64,000 bases of DNA from an uncultured Verrucomicrobiae bacterium (GTDB lineage Bacteria > Verrucomicrobiota > Verrucomicrobiia > Chthoniobacterales > Chthoniobacteraceae): the NCBI GenBank assembly GCA_963836755.1, contig CAWIKF010000002.1, positions 416,001-480,000 of the forward strand, written 5' to 3'. Under the pieces are notes generated by a model that saw only the letters and a list, made by a program, of their open reading frames with translations, did not search any database and had not been told where the DNA came from. Position numbers and translations under genes: made by a program. The stretch's first letter is position 1. Every line of letters starts with the position of its first letter. Shown one piece after another: positions 41,183 to 50,449 of the stretch.

Positions 41183-41308
41183 CTCTCCGCAGCGTTCGAA
41201 AACAAAACCGCAGCGTCCACGCGAGATTTAGAAAGAAGATCGCGCTGATGCGGCGGCAAGTTTCCGAACGATAAAACCAATACAAAAAACCAAACCAATC
41301 CCAAAAAC

Positions 41309-42880
41309 ATGTTAAAACAAACGTTAATCAGCTCCATCGCTGCCCTGGCGGCGATAGGCATCGTGCATGCGCAGGACAGCGCGCTGCTCGATATCATGGT
41401 CAAGAAAAAGCTGCTCACTCCGAAAGAGGCGGAATCAGTGCGCGCCGATCTGGTCAAGGAACAGGCGGCAGAAGCGCCCGCGAACAAGATCTCGGTCGGC
41501 TCATGGGTCAAAGAAATGCAGATCGGCGGAGATATCCGTCTGCGTTATCAATATGACACGACAGATTTCCAAGTGCCGCCCACGACTGGCGGCGGCACGC
41601 CAAGCGGTGCGCAGCGTTCGCGTGTGCGTTTCCGGCTCCGAATTCACGACGACTTCAAGCTCAATGACAATTGGTTTGGCGGTGTGGAGCTGGCGACCTC
41701 GCCGGCTTCCGACAGCTCGAACCAGACGCTCGGCAGCGGCTTCGGGAAATACGGCATCTATATTAGTAAGGCGTTTCTCGGCTGGCAGGCTTCCGGCGAC
41801 TGGCTGACTCTTGAAGGCGGCAAAGTTCCGAATCCGTTTTACACGACCGACCTCGTCTGGGACCCAGACATCAACCCGGACGGCTTCGTGCAGACCGTGC
41901 GTTTCGACAAGATGTTCATGCCGAGCGAGGGCGGTGGCGGTTACTCGAAGGACGGCAAAACTTTTGTCGCGGCGGCTCCCGCGGAGCGTCCGTGGCAGCT
42001 CGCGCTTAACCTCGGCGAGTTCATCTTCAATGACAATATCGAGAATGGCAACCCGACCGGCTTGTCCGAGCCGGGCCTGACCGACAGCGACATTTCCGAT
42101 GACGCGTGGTTGTTTGATGCCCAGCTCGTCGGCAGTTACAAATTCGATCACAGCGTTAAGGTCACCTTCGGCCCCGGTTTCATGTTCTATAATTCCGGGA
42201 GCTTGAATTCGCTGCCGGCGGGAACTAACTCCGTCCAATTCTCCGGAGTGCCGACGATCACGGTTAACGGCGTCACTTCCTACGTCGGTGAAACGCGCGA
42301 CCTCGCGATCGTCACCGCGCCTGGCGATATCTCGTTCAAACTCGGTGCACTGCCGGTGAAATTCTACTGGGATTTTGCCTACAACACCAACGGCGCGAAA
42401 CGCTACGAGGACATTTACGGTTTGCTGCGTAGCGCCGGCTCATTGGGCACCGTCGGACATTATCCGAACGGCTCGGGCGGGCCTTTCACCAGCTCGCACA
42501 GTGCGCAAGATGACGTGGCTTATCTCCTCGGCCTTCAGGTCGGCGAGAATAAAAAGAGGGGTGACCTTTCGGCAAACGTGAACTGGCGTGCGACCGGCAT
42601 CTCGGCGGTGGATCCGAACCTGAACGATTCGGATTTCGCCAACGGCTACCTAAATACGCGCGGCATCAAAGCCGGGCTTGTTTATAACCTCACCGATTTC
42701 GCGACCTTCGGCGTGACCTATTATTACGCCTGGAATCTTCGCGATGATCTCGTGGGTGGCGCCGCGACCAGTGTCGCCGGTGCATCCGCGAACGCTTTTG
42801 CCGGCCCGAACGCTGGCGGCGGCCTCGGCAATGCGAACGTCGTGCAAGTCCTGCAGGTGGATTTGAACGTAAAATTCTAA
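41309..42880 (+). CDS. Putative outer-membrane porin, probably phosphate-starvation induced
   Basis: Signal peptide, ALLDIMVKKKLLT, GDIRLRY, RVRFRLR, LVWDPDINP, C-terminal QVDLNVKF. Confidence 0.85.
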   Translation: MLKQTLISSIAALAAIGIVHAQDSALLDIMVKKKLLTPKEAESVRADLVKEQAAEAPANKISVGSWVKEMQIGGDIRLRYQYDTTDFQVPPTTGGGTPSGAQRSRVRFRLRIHDDFKLNDNWFGGVELATSPASDSSNQTLGSGFGKYGIYISKAFLGWQASGDWLTLEGGKVPNPFYTTDLVWDPDINPDGFVQTVRFDKMFMPSEGGGGYSKDGKTFVAAAPAERPWQLALNLGEFIFNDNIENGNPTGLSEPGLTDSDISDDAWLFDAQLVGSYKFDHSVKVTFGPGFMFYNSGSLNSLPAGTNSVQFSGVPTITVNGVTSYVGETRDLAIVTAPGDISFKLGALPVKFYWDFAYNTNGAKRYEDIYGLLRSAGSLGTVGHYPNGSGGPFTSSHSAQDDVAYLLGLQVGENKKRGDLSANVNWRATGISAVDPNLNDSDFANGYLNTRGIKAGLVYNLTDFATFGVTYYYAWNLRDDLVGGAATSVAGASANAFAGPNAGGGLGNANVVQVLQVDLNVKF

Positions 42881-42903
42881 ACGCTCACTCCTGCGGTTGA
42901 TTG

Positions 42904-42937
42904 AAAAGGCCCGATGTCGCGAGACATCGGGCCTTTT
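42904..42937 (+). terminator. Rho-independent terminator
   Basis: AAAAGGCCCGATGTC-GCGA-GACATCGGGCCTTTT perfect stem. Confidence 0.9.
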
Positions 42938-42988
42938 ATTTTCAGCGCCTCTTGCTCAAAGCAACTGCTCACGGTAAAACTCAAAGAC

Positions 42989-43456
42989 ATGCCTCTGCGC
43001 CTTCTCGAGATTTTCGGCGAAAATCAAGTTGAGCTGCAACTGTCCGCGACCACGCAGGCGGAAGCGTTCCGAGAACTTTCCGAGCTGATGCGCGGACATC
43101 CCGACATGCTCGATCTTCCCGCGTTTCAAAAGGAAGTCCTCGCCCGTGAAAGTGTCAGCTCGACCTGCACCGGCAACGGCGTCGCATTTCCTCACGCGCG
43201 CACGGATGCGGTGCGAAGAATCATCGGCGCGATCGGCCGCAGCCCTGATGGCATCACGCTCGACAACGGACAGCGCGTGCAACTCCTCGTCATGATCGGG
43301 ACACCGAAGGCGCTGGTGAACGACTATCTGAAATGTCTCGCCTCGCTCGCGAAAACGCTTCGCAGCCAGTCGGTGCGCGACGCTCTTTTGCAACCAACGA
43401 CGAAAGCGGAATTCCTGCACACACTCACCGACCATACCGGCGCGGTTCAGCCGTAG
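42989..43456 (+). CDS. PTS IIA (fructose/nitrogen-type, PtsN-like) protein
   Basis: ARESVSSTCTGNGVAFPHAR with the conserved phospho-His. Confidence 0.88.
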   Translation: MPLRLLEIFGENQVELQLSATTQAEAFRELSELMRGHPDMLDLPAFQKEVLARESVSSTCTGNGVAFPHARTDAVRRIIGAIGRSPDGITLDNGQRVQLLVMIGTPKALVNDYLKCLASLAKTLRSQSVRDALLQPTTKAEFLHTLTDHTGAVQP

Positions 43457-43457
43457 C

Positions 43458-45269
43458 GTGGAAAATTCATCCCCCAGCCAGCCGCACCCGACGCTTCAGC
43501 CGCGGCGGTTGCGCCTGCTGAAAGCGTGGGTCTGGCTCGCCGAGCGCATTCACCCGAATGAATTGCAGGAGACGCTTTTTTGGGCGGGCGTCGTCGGCTT
43601 TTTCGGCGCGGTCACATCGATTGCATTTCGCTATTCGACGACGTTTATGCATCGGTTGTTAACGGGCAACTCCGTCGCGGGAATGGCGGAAAGTTTTTCG
43701 CAACTCCCAGTCTGGCAGCGCGTCCTCACGCCCGCGATCGGCGGCATTCTCGCCGGCGGCGTGATGGTCGTCGGCGCGCGCTGGCGTGGCACGGTCGCGA
43801 CGACCGATTACATGGAGGCGATCGTGCTGGGCGATGGAAAAATCTCCACGCGGCTGAGCGCGATCAAATCAATCTCGGCAATGTTCACCATTGCTTCCGG
43901 CGGCTCGATCGGCCGCGAAGGCCCGTTGGTGCAGCTCTCCTCGCTCGTCGCTTCGATCGCAGGACGCTGGCGAAGTTGGTCCACACCGCGTTTGCGCCTG
44001 CTCGTTGGATGCGGCGCGGCGGCCGGCATCGCCTCGGCTTACAACGCGCCAATCGCCGGCGCTCTCTTCGTTGCGGAGATCGTGCTCGGCTCGCTCGCGA
44101 TGGAAATTTTCGGCCCGCTGGTTTTTGCATCAGTCGTCGCCACGCTGACCATCCGCGAATTTCTCGGCGGCAATCCGCTGTATGAAATCCCGCCGTTCCA
44201 GCTCAATTCGAACTGGGAAATCATCCCGTATGTTTTTCTCGGGCTCTTCGCCGGTTTCCTCGCGCCCTGGTTTTTGCGGCTGTTGGACGTCAGCGAGCGT
44301 TTGTTTAACCAAATGAAAGCGCCGATTTTTGTGCGCATGGCGCTCGGCGGGCTCATCGTCGGCGTGCTGGCGGCATTTTATCCCGAGGTCTGCGGCAACG
44401 GCTACAGCGCCGTCAGCGCGATTTTGCGCGGGAACCTGCTCTGGCAAAGCCTCGCGATGATTCTTCTTTGTAAAATGATTGCGACCAGCGCGACGTTCGG
44501 CTCCGGCGCGGTCGGCGGCGTTTTCACGCCCACGTTGTTTGTCGGTGCGAGCCTCGGTTACCTTTTCGGCAGCGTGCTGCATCACGCGCTGCCGGCGCTC
44601 AATCCCAGCGCGTGCGCACTCGTCGGCATGGGCGCGTTCTTGGCCGGCACCACGCACGCGCCGATCATGGCGATCATCATGATTTTCGAGCTGACGCTAG
44701 ATTACCAAATCATCCTGCCGCTGATGCTGGCGTGCGTGATCGCGTATTACACGTCTGCGAGCATCGAGAAGCGCTCGATCTACAGCGAATCGCTCAAGCG
44801 CAAAGGCGCGGGCGATTTCCGCGAGCAGCTCGCCGATCTGCATGTGCGGGATTTGATGAAGAATAACCCGGTCGCCGTGGCGCCCACGGCGCGTTTCGCG
44901 GAGATCGGCGAAACATTTTTGGCAAACCGTTTCAATTATCTTTACGTCGCCGATGCCACGAAACATTTCCTCGGCGTCGTCTCGCTGCACGACATTAAAA
45001 GTTACCTCAACGACCCGGAACTGGCCGGGCTGGTGATCGCACGCGACATCATGCGCGAGGAATTTCCGACGATTGAGCCGAACGCAACTTTGACCGAAGC
45101 GCTCGACACTTTTTCGCGCCACGATGGCGAGCGGCTGCCGGTGGTGAACGATCCCGGCGAAAAGCGGCTGACGGGAAGCATCTCGAAAACCGATCTCATT
45201 CTCGCGCTCGCGGGCAGCACGAAACTAGTCCCGAGCACGGTGCCGACGGTCGTTGCCGAAGCGGCGTAA
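43458..45269 (+). CDS. ClC family chloride channel/antiporter with CBS pair
   Basis: SIGREGP, AYNAPIAG, GGVFTPTL, C-terminal CBS domains. Confidence 0.92.
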   Translation: MENSSPSQPHPTLQPRRLRLLKAWVWLAERIHPNELQETLFWAGVVGFFGAVTSIAFRYSTTFMHRLLTGNSVAGMAESFSQLPVWQRVLTPAIGGILAGGVMVVGARWRGTVATTDYMEAIVLGDGKISTRLSAIKSISAMFTIASGGSIGREGPLVQLSSLVASIAGRWRSWSTPRLRLLVGCGAAAGIASAYNAPIAGALFVAEIVLGSLAMEIFGPLVFASVVATLTIREFLGGNPLYEIPPFQLNSNWEIIPYVFLGLFAGFLAPWFLRLLDVSERLFNQMKAPIFVRMALGGLIVGVLAAFYPEVCGNGYSAVSAILRGNLLWQSLAMILLCKMIATSATFGSGAVGGVFTPTLFVGASLGYLFGSVLHHALPALNPSACALVGMGAFLAGTTHAPIMAIIMIFELTLDYQIILPLMLACVIAYYTSASIEKRSIYSESLKRKGAGDFREQLADLHVRDLMKNNPVAVAPTARFAEIGETFLANRFNYLYVADATKHFLGVVSLHDIKSYLNDPELAGLVIARDIMREEFPTIEPNATLTEALDTFSRHDGERLPVVNDPGEKRLTGSISKTDLILALAGSTKLVPSTVPTVVAEAA

Positions 45270-45374
45270 AAGTTTTGCCGCGAACTTTTCCGCGATTGGC
45301 GTCAAAGTTTACAACCACTCGCTAATCGTTCGCTTTTAGTTAAACAATCGAGCGCGAGCTGCGGAGCGCATAAT

Positions 45375-45413
45375 TTCACGGACTCGTCACCTGCCCGCCA
45401 CATAACTGTAACA
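45375..45413 (+). promoter_or_regulatory. Pho-box-like 11-bp periodic array upstream of pstS
   Basis: TTCACG 45375, GTCACC 45386, GCCACA 45397, GTAACA 45408. Confidence 0.75.
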
Positions 45414-45445
45414 AACGCCCCCCAACGTTTGCGGCTCAACCCACT

Positions 45446-46450
45446 ATGAAAAAACTACATACACTCCTACTCGCCGCGACATTCGGCTTCAGCTGCCTCG
45501 CGAGCGCACAAACCACCATCAACGGCGCAGGCGCCACTTTTCCAGCGCCGCTTTATCAGCGCTGGTTCGCTGAATACAACAAACTCCATCCCGACGTGCA
45601 GGTGAATTACGAGGCAATCGGCAGCGGCTCGGGCATCAAGCAATTCGTCCAGGGCGTGGTCAATTTTGCCGCCAGCGACGCCGCGATGAGCGACGACGAG
45701 CTCAAGCAGGTGAGCAAAGGCGCAGTCATGCTGCCAATGACCGCGGGAAGCATCGTCCTCGCCTACAACATGCCCGAGGTGAAAACGCTGAAGCTTTCAC
45801 GCGACGCTTACATCGGCATTTTCCTCGGCACGATCACGAAGTGGAATGATCCGAAGATCACGAAAGACAACGCCGGCACGACGTTGCCCGACATGCCGAT
45901 CTCTGTTGCGTATCGCTCGGACGGCAGCGGCACGAACTTTGTCTTCACTAAACACCTCGCGGCAATCAGCGAAGAATTCAAAACCAAAGTCGGCGAAGGC
46001 AAAAGCGTGAGCTGGCCTGTCGGCGTCGGTGGCAAGGGCAATGACGGCGTCACCGCATTGATCAAGCAAACTGCCGGCACGATCGGCTACGTGGAATACG
46101 GCTACGCGAAAAACAACGGCCTCGCGATGGCCGAGCTGCAAAACAAGTCGGGCGCTTTTGTCGCACCGACGCCAGAATCCGGCGCGTCCACACTCGCCTC
46201 CGTGCAGTTCCCGGCGAATCTCCGCGTCTGGCCTTCCGACCCGGCTGGCAAAGGCGATTACCCGATCGCGACCTTCACCTGGCTTTTGCTTTACAAAAGC
46301 TACGATGACGCCAAGGTCGCGGGAATCCTCAAGGATCTCGTGAAATACGGTGTCACAGATGGGCAAAAATTTGCGCCGGAACTCGGCTACATCCCGCTGC
46401 CGCCGAAAGTGGTCGGCATCGTGGAAGAGAAACTTAAGGAAGTAAAGTAG
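45446..46450 (+). CDS. pstS: Phosphate ABC transporter substrate-binding protein
   Basis: GAGATFPAPLY, IGSGSG, FAASD, RSDGSGT, GKGNDGV. Confidence 0.96.
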   Translation: MKKLHTLLLAATFGFSCLASAQTTINGAGATFPAPLYQRWFAEYNKLHPDVQVNYEAIGSGSGIKQFVQGVVNFAASDAAMSDDELKQVSKGAVMLPMTAGSIVLAYNMPEVKTLKLSRDAYIGIFLGTITKWNDPKITKDNAGTTLPDMPISVAYRSDGSGTNFVFTKHLAAISEEFKTKVGEGKSVSWPVGVGGKGNDGVTALIKQTAGTIGYVEYGYAKNNGLAMAELQNKSGAFVAPTPESGASTLASVQFPANLRVWPSDPAGKGDYPIATFTWLLLYKSYDDAKVAGILKDLVKYGVTDGQKFAPELGYIPLPPKVVGIVEEKLKEVK

Positions 46451-46481
46451 GGGCAACTTTTACTCCGCAGCGCATACGACG

Positions 46482-47414
46482 ATGAGCCTCGATCTAATGT
46501 CCCTGAAGCCGCGGCGCGATTTTTTTCGCGCGGTCTGCTGGGCATGCTCAGTGGCCGTCGTGGTCGTCATCTTCTGGATCGTTTTCCAAATCGGCAAAGT
46601 CGCTTTGCCGGCGATCGGAAAATTCGGCATCGGGTTCCTGACGCATTCCGCGTGGAACCCGGTGCGTGACGATTATGGGATCGTGCCGTTCCTGCTCGGC
46701 ACGATGATGAGCTCGTGCATTGCGCTGCTGCTCGCGCTGCCACTCGGCCTGGCGATCGCGATTTTCCTGAGCGAAAATTTCCTGCCACAGGCATTTCGGA
46801 GCTTCGTTCGGTTCGTCGTCGAGTTGCTCGCGGCGATTCCGAGCGTCGTTTACGGATTGTGGGGGATCGCGGTGCTCATCCCGCTGGTGCAAAAGTTCGG
46901 AATTCCGATCGCAAACGGGCTCGGGAAATTTCCGCTCTTCGCCGGGCCGGTGACTGGCAACAGCATGATCACCGCGAGCCTGGTTTTGGCGCTGATGATT
47001 CTGCCGACGATCGCGGCAGTGTCGCGTTTTGCATTCGTGAATGTCCCGCCGACTTTGCGCGAAGGCGCTTATGCGCTGGGCTCGACGCGGTGGGAAGCAA
47101 TTTTCGGCGTGATCATTCCAGGCGCGATGCCGGGGATTGTCGCCGGGACGATCCTCGCGCTCGGCCGCGCGATGGGCGAGACGATGGCGGTCGCGATGGT
47201 CATCGGCAACAGCTCGCGTTTCACCGTCTCGCTTTTCCAGCCGTCCGGCACGCTCGCGAGCCTGCTGGCGAACCAATTCGCGGAAGCCGACGGCATTCGC
47301 ATCAACGCGCTGATGTATGGCGCCCTCGCGCTTTTGTTTTTGACCCTGCTTGTCAATATCGCTGGCGAAATGATCCTGCGGTTGTCGATGCGCCGCACGA
47401 TGGGAATCCGATGA
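46482..47414 (+). CDS. pstC: Phosphate ABC transporter permease
   Basis: ELLAAIPSVVYGLWG, GRAMGETMAV. Confidence 0.95.
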   Translation: MSLDLMSLKPRRDFFRAVCWACSVAVVVVIFWIVFQIGKVALPAIGKFGIGFLTHSAWNPVRDDYGIVPFLLGTMMSSCIALLLALPLGLAIAIFLSENFLPQAFRSFVRFVVELLAAIPSVVYGLWGIAVLIPLVQKFGIPIANGLGKFPLFAGPVTGNSMITASLVLALMILPTIAAVSRFAFVNVPPTLREGAYALGSTRWEAIFGVIIPGAMPGIVAGTILALGRAMGETMAVAMVIGNSSRFTVSLFQPSGTLASLLANQFAEADGIRINALMYGALALLFLTLLVNIAGEMILRLSMRRTMGIR

Positions 47415-48295
47415 ACGCGCTCGAACCAACAGCAGAAATGGCGGGTGTGTTCCAAGGCCACAGCCGCGGCACGGTGTCGCGGCTCGTGAAAAATACGGTG
47501 CTCAGCTCGCTGTGCGTCGTCCTCTCGCTGCTGACTTTCATCCCGCTCTTTTCCATCATTTACCTTTTGGTGACGCGCGGCGCGAAACATCTCAACCTCG
47601 AAACCTTCACCAAACTTCCGCCTGCCCCGGGCATGATGGGCGGCGGCATCGGCAATGCGATTGCGGGCACGGGCCTCATCGTCGGAATCGCGATCGCAAT
47701 GGCTGCGCCGATTGGAATTTTGGCCGCAGTTTACATCACGGAATATGGCAAAGGTTCACGGCTCGCGGACGCCGTGCGCTTCACGGCAAAGTTGCTCACC
47801 GGAATCCCTTCGATCATCTGCGGTGTGTTCGCCTATGCGGTCGTTGTCGTGACGACTGGGAAATTTTCAGCGCTCGCCGGCGCGGTTGCGCTCGCGGTGC
47901 TGGCTTTGCCGACGGTTTTACTCACTGCCGAACAAGCGTTGCTCGGCGTGCCGAAGTCTTTTCGCGAAGCATCAGTCGGCCTCGGCGCAACGACTTTCCA
48001 AACGATCTGGCGCATCATTTTGCCGGAAGCGTTTCCCGGCATCATGACCGGCATCATGCTCGCTGTCGCGCGCGCCGCGGGTGAGACAGCGCCGGTGCTT
48101 TTCACGTCACTTTTTAACTACTACTGGACGAAATCTGTCATGGATCCGACCGCGACGCTTTCGGTCTTGATTTACAATTTTTCCACCGTTCCTTATGCAA
48201 ACCAGATTGAGCTCGCCTGGACCGCGTCGCTCGTGCTGGTGACGCTGGTCACCGTGGCCAACGTGTTTGCGCAGCTCGCATTTCGACGGAAGTGA
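47411..48295 (+). CDS. pstA: Phosphate ABC transporter permease
   Basis: ATGA overlap with pstC; GGIGNAIAGT, GIPSII, ARAAGETAP. Confidence 0.95.
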   Translation: MNALEPTAEMAGVFQGHSRGTVSRLVKNTVLSSLCVVLSLLTFIPLFSIIYLLVTRGAKHLNLETFTKLPPAPGMMGGGIGNAIAGTGLIVGIAIAMAAPIGILAAVYITEYGKGSRLADAVRFTAKLLTGIPSIICGVFAYAVVVVTTGKFSALAGAVALAVLALPTVLLTAEQALLGVPKSFREASVGLGATTFQTIWRIILPEAFPGIMTGIMLAVARAAGETAPVLFTSLFNYYWTKSVMDPTATLSVLIYNFSTVPYANQIELAWTASLVLVTLVTVANVFAQLAFRRK

Positions 48296-48335
48296 TTTCG
48301 AATCGCAGTTAAAGCTTGTTAACGACCCAACTTAA

Positions 48336-49196
48336 ATGCCGACGCAACTATCACGTATGTCCGAAACCCAACCAAAGGCTTCGAAGCTTGAGTCATCGAA
48401 TCAAATCATCGATGGCAATGCTTTCGATAGCGAACCTGCGGAGCAAAACCTGATCTCGATCAAAAATTTCAGCTTTTTCTACGGCCGCAAGCAAGCGCTG
48501 TTCAACATCAACATGCAGATTCCGCGCTGCCGCGTCACCGCGTTGATCGGCCCGTCGGGCTGCGGAAAATCGACACTGCTGCGGAACATCAACCGCATGA
48601 ATGATCTTGTGGACGGCGCGCGGCACGAAGGCGACATCACGCTTTCCGGCCACAGCATTTACGATCCGAAGCTGCAGGTCATCGCGCTGCGTCGCGCGGT
48701 CGGCATGGTGTTTCAAAAATCGAACCCGTTCCCGATGTCAATCTACGACAACGTCTGCTACGGGCTCGGCATCTCCGGCGAGCGCAACCGCGGTGTGCTC
48801 GATACTGCCGTCGAGCAAAGCCTTCGCGGTGCGGCATTGTGGGATGAAGTCAAAGATCGGCTTTCAGAGAGCGCGCTGGGCCTTTCCGGCGGCCAGCAGC
48901 AGCGGCTTTGCATCGCCCGCGCCATCGCGGTGAAACCTGAAGTCCTGCTGATGGATGAACCTTGCTCCGCGCTCGATCCGATCGCGACCGCGAAAGTCGA
49001 GGAGCTGGTTACGGAGCTGAAAAAGCAATTCACAATCGTCATTGTCACGCACAACATGCAGCAGGCCGGACGCTGCTCGGATTACACGGCGTTCTTTTAT
49101 TTGGGCCAGCTCATTGAGTTTGAGAAAACAGAAAAGATTTTCACGAACCCCGGGCAAAAACAGACCGAAGATTACATTTCCGGCCGTTTCGGTTGA
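48336..49196 (+). CDS. pstB: Phosphate ABC transporter ATPase
   Basis: [36 protein letters not shown]. Confidence 0.96.
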   Translation: MPTQLSRMSETQPKASKLESSNQIIDGNAFDSEPAEQNLISIKNFSFFYGRKQALFNINMQIPRCRVTALIGPSGCGKSTLLRNINRMNDLVDGARHEGDITLSGHSIYDPKLQVIALRRAVGMVFQKSNPFPMSIYDNVCYGLGISGERNRGVLDTAVEQSLRGAALWDEVKDRLSESALGLSGGQQQRLCIARAIAVKPEVLLMDEPCSALDPIATAKVEELVTELKKQFTIVIVTHNMQQAGRCSDYTAFFYLGQLIEFEKTEKIFTNPGQKQTEDYISGRFG

Positions 49197-49214
49197 TAGC
49201 ACGCATCAAACACC

Positions 49215-49880
49215 ATGAATATTTTTGAAAGCCAGCTTTCTCGCATCCGCGAGACGCTGTTGATGATGTCCAGTCTCACCGATCGCAATTTGACAATTGC
49301 GATGAAATCGCTCGTTGAGCGCGACAACAATCTCGCGGATTCTGTCGAGGCCGAGGACAGCCAGATCGATCAACTCGAGATCACGGTGGATGAAATGGTC
49401 ATCACCTACATGGCCACGCACGCACCCGTCGCGACTGACTGCCGCTTCATGCTGGCGGCGTCAAAGATTTCCAGCAATCTCGAGCGCATCGGCGACCAGG
49501 CGACCACCGTCGCGCGGCGCGCCCGTGACTTGAACAAGGAGCCGCTGCTCAAACCGCTCATCGACATCCCACTCATGGCTGAAACGGCGCGCGAAATGTT
49601 GCGCGATAGCATCACGGGATTCGTCGAAAACCAGCCGGAGCTAGCGCCAGACATCATCGCGCGGGACAAAACCGTGGACGATATCAACAGGCAGCTCATC
49701 CGCGAATTAACAACGTTTATGACGGAGGATCCGCGCACCATCACGCGCTGCTTGAATTTGATTGTCGTCGCCAAAGCTCTCGAGCGTGTCGCTGATCACG
49801 CCGCCAATATCGCCGAGGACGTATATTACCTCTACCGTGGCCAGGATATTCGCCATTCGGCAGTGGCAAAGGTCAGCTAA
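49215..49880 (+). CDS. phoU: Phosphate signalling complex protein PhoU
   Basis: LERIGD and LERVADHAANIAE repeats; follows pstB. Confidence 0.95.
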   Translation: MNIFESQLSRIRETLLMMSSLTDRNLTIAMKSLVERDNNLADSVEAEDSQIDQLEITVDEMVITYMATHAPVATDCRFMLAASKISSNLERIGDQATTVARRARDLNKEPLLKPLIDIPLMAETAREMLRDSITGFVENQPELAPDIIARDKTVDDINRQLIRELTTFMTEDPRTITRCLNLIVVAKALERVADHAANIAEDVYYLYRGQDIRHSAVAKVS

Positions 49881-49894
49881 GGCGTTTCCTCGCT

Positions 49895-50449
49895 TTAAAG
49901 GTTCTGGATCGAATACAAACTGTCCCGGAACTCTTTAGACAGCTTTTCGTAGTCAACGCGGCGGCAATCGAGCGTAAAGGCGAGCTGCAAGGTGTTGGCG
50001 CACGCGAACACAATGTTACGCACGCAAGCCTGACCGAAGAAGTTATAGTTTAGCACCACTTCGCACGTCGCATTTCCATTGATGCGGAGCGGGTTTAATT
50101 CCACTGAGGCAAACTTCGCGTCGGTGACGCCTTTTGGCAGCGCACCAAACGCCATCTCCGCAAGTTTCCGTGCCTGGTCTTCGTTCAGGACGATTGGTTG
50201 CGTCAGCGTTGTCTTGTGAATAGTGGCAGTCGCTTGTGCTTTTCCTGGAGGGATAAAGCTCGCGCTTGAACTATCTCCGGCGTAAGTCCAATCCCGCGGC
50301 GGAGTATAAGTTACCCTTTTTGGTCCGTCCAAAAAGTAGACATTCTTGAACTTCGCGCCTTCTACTTCATAGACGCCCGGATGAGGAGTCAAATCAAGGT
50401 CTGCGAAAGCCGTAGCTGCAAAGAGAACGTAAAGGGCGAGGAATCTCAT
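49895..50449 (-). CDS. Secreted hypothetical protein coupled to the pilin cluster
   Basis: Signal peptide MRFLALYVLFAATAFA; ATGA overlap with the upstream gene. Confidence 0.7.
   Translation of the reverse strand: MRFLALYVLFAATAFADLDLTPHPGVYEVEGAKFKNVYFLDGPKRVTYTPPRDWTYAGDSSSASFIPPGKAQATATIHKTTLTQPIVLNEDQARKLAEMAFGALPKGVTDAKFASVELNPLRINGNATCEVVLNYNFFGQACVRNIVFACANTLQLAFTLDCRRVDYEKLSKEFRDSLYSIQNL

Noticed and set aside
41270..41308. A/C-rich AAACCAA repeats
   Set aside because: Consistent with an unstructured translation leader before the porin start rather than a separate element.
46715..47410. Long N-terminal extension of PstA (526-aa ORF)
   Set aside because: Overlaps pstC out of frame; the ATGA-coupled start at 47411 is more plausible.
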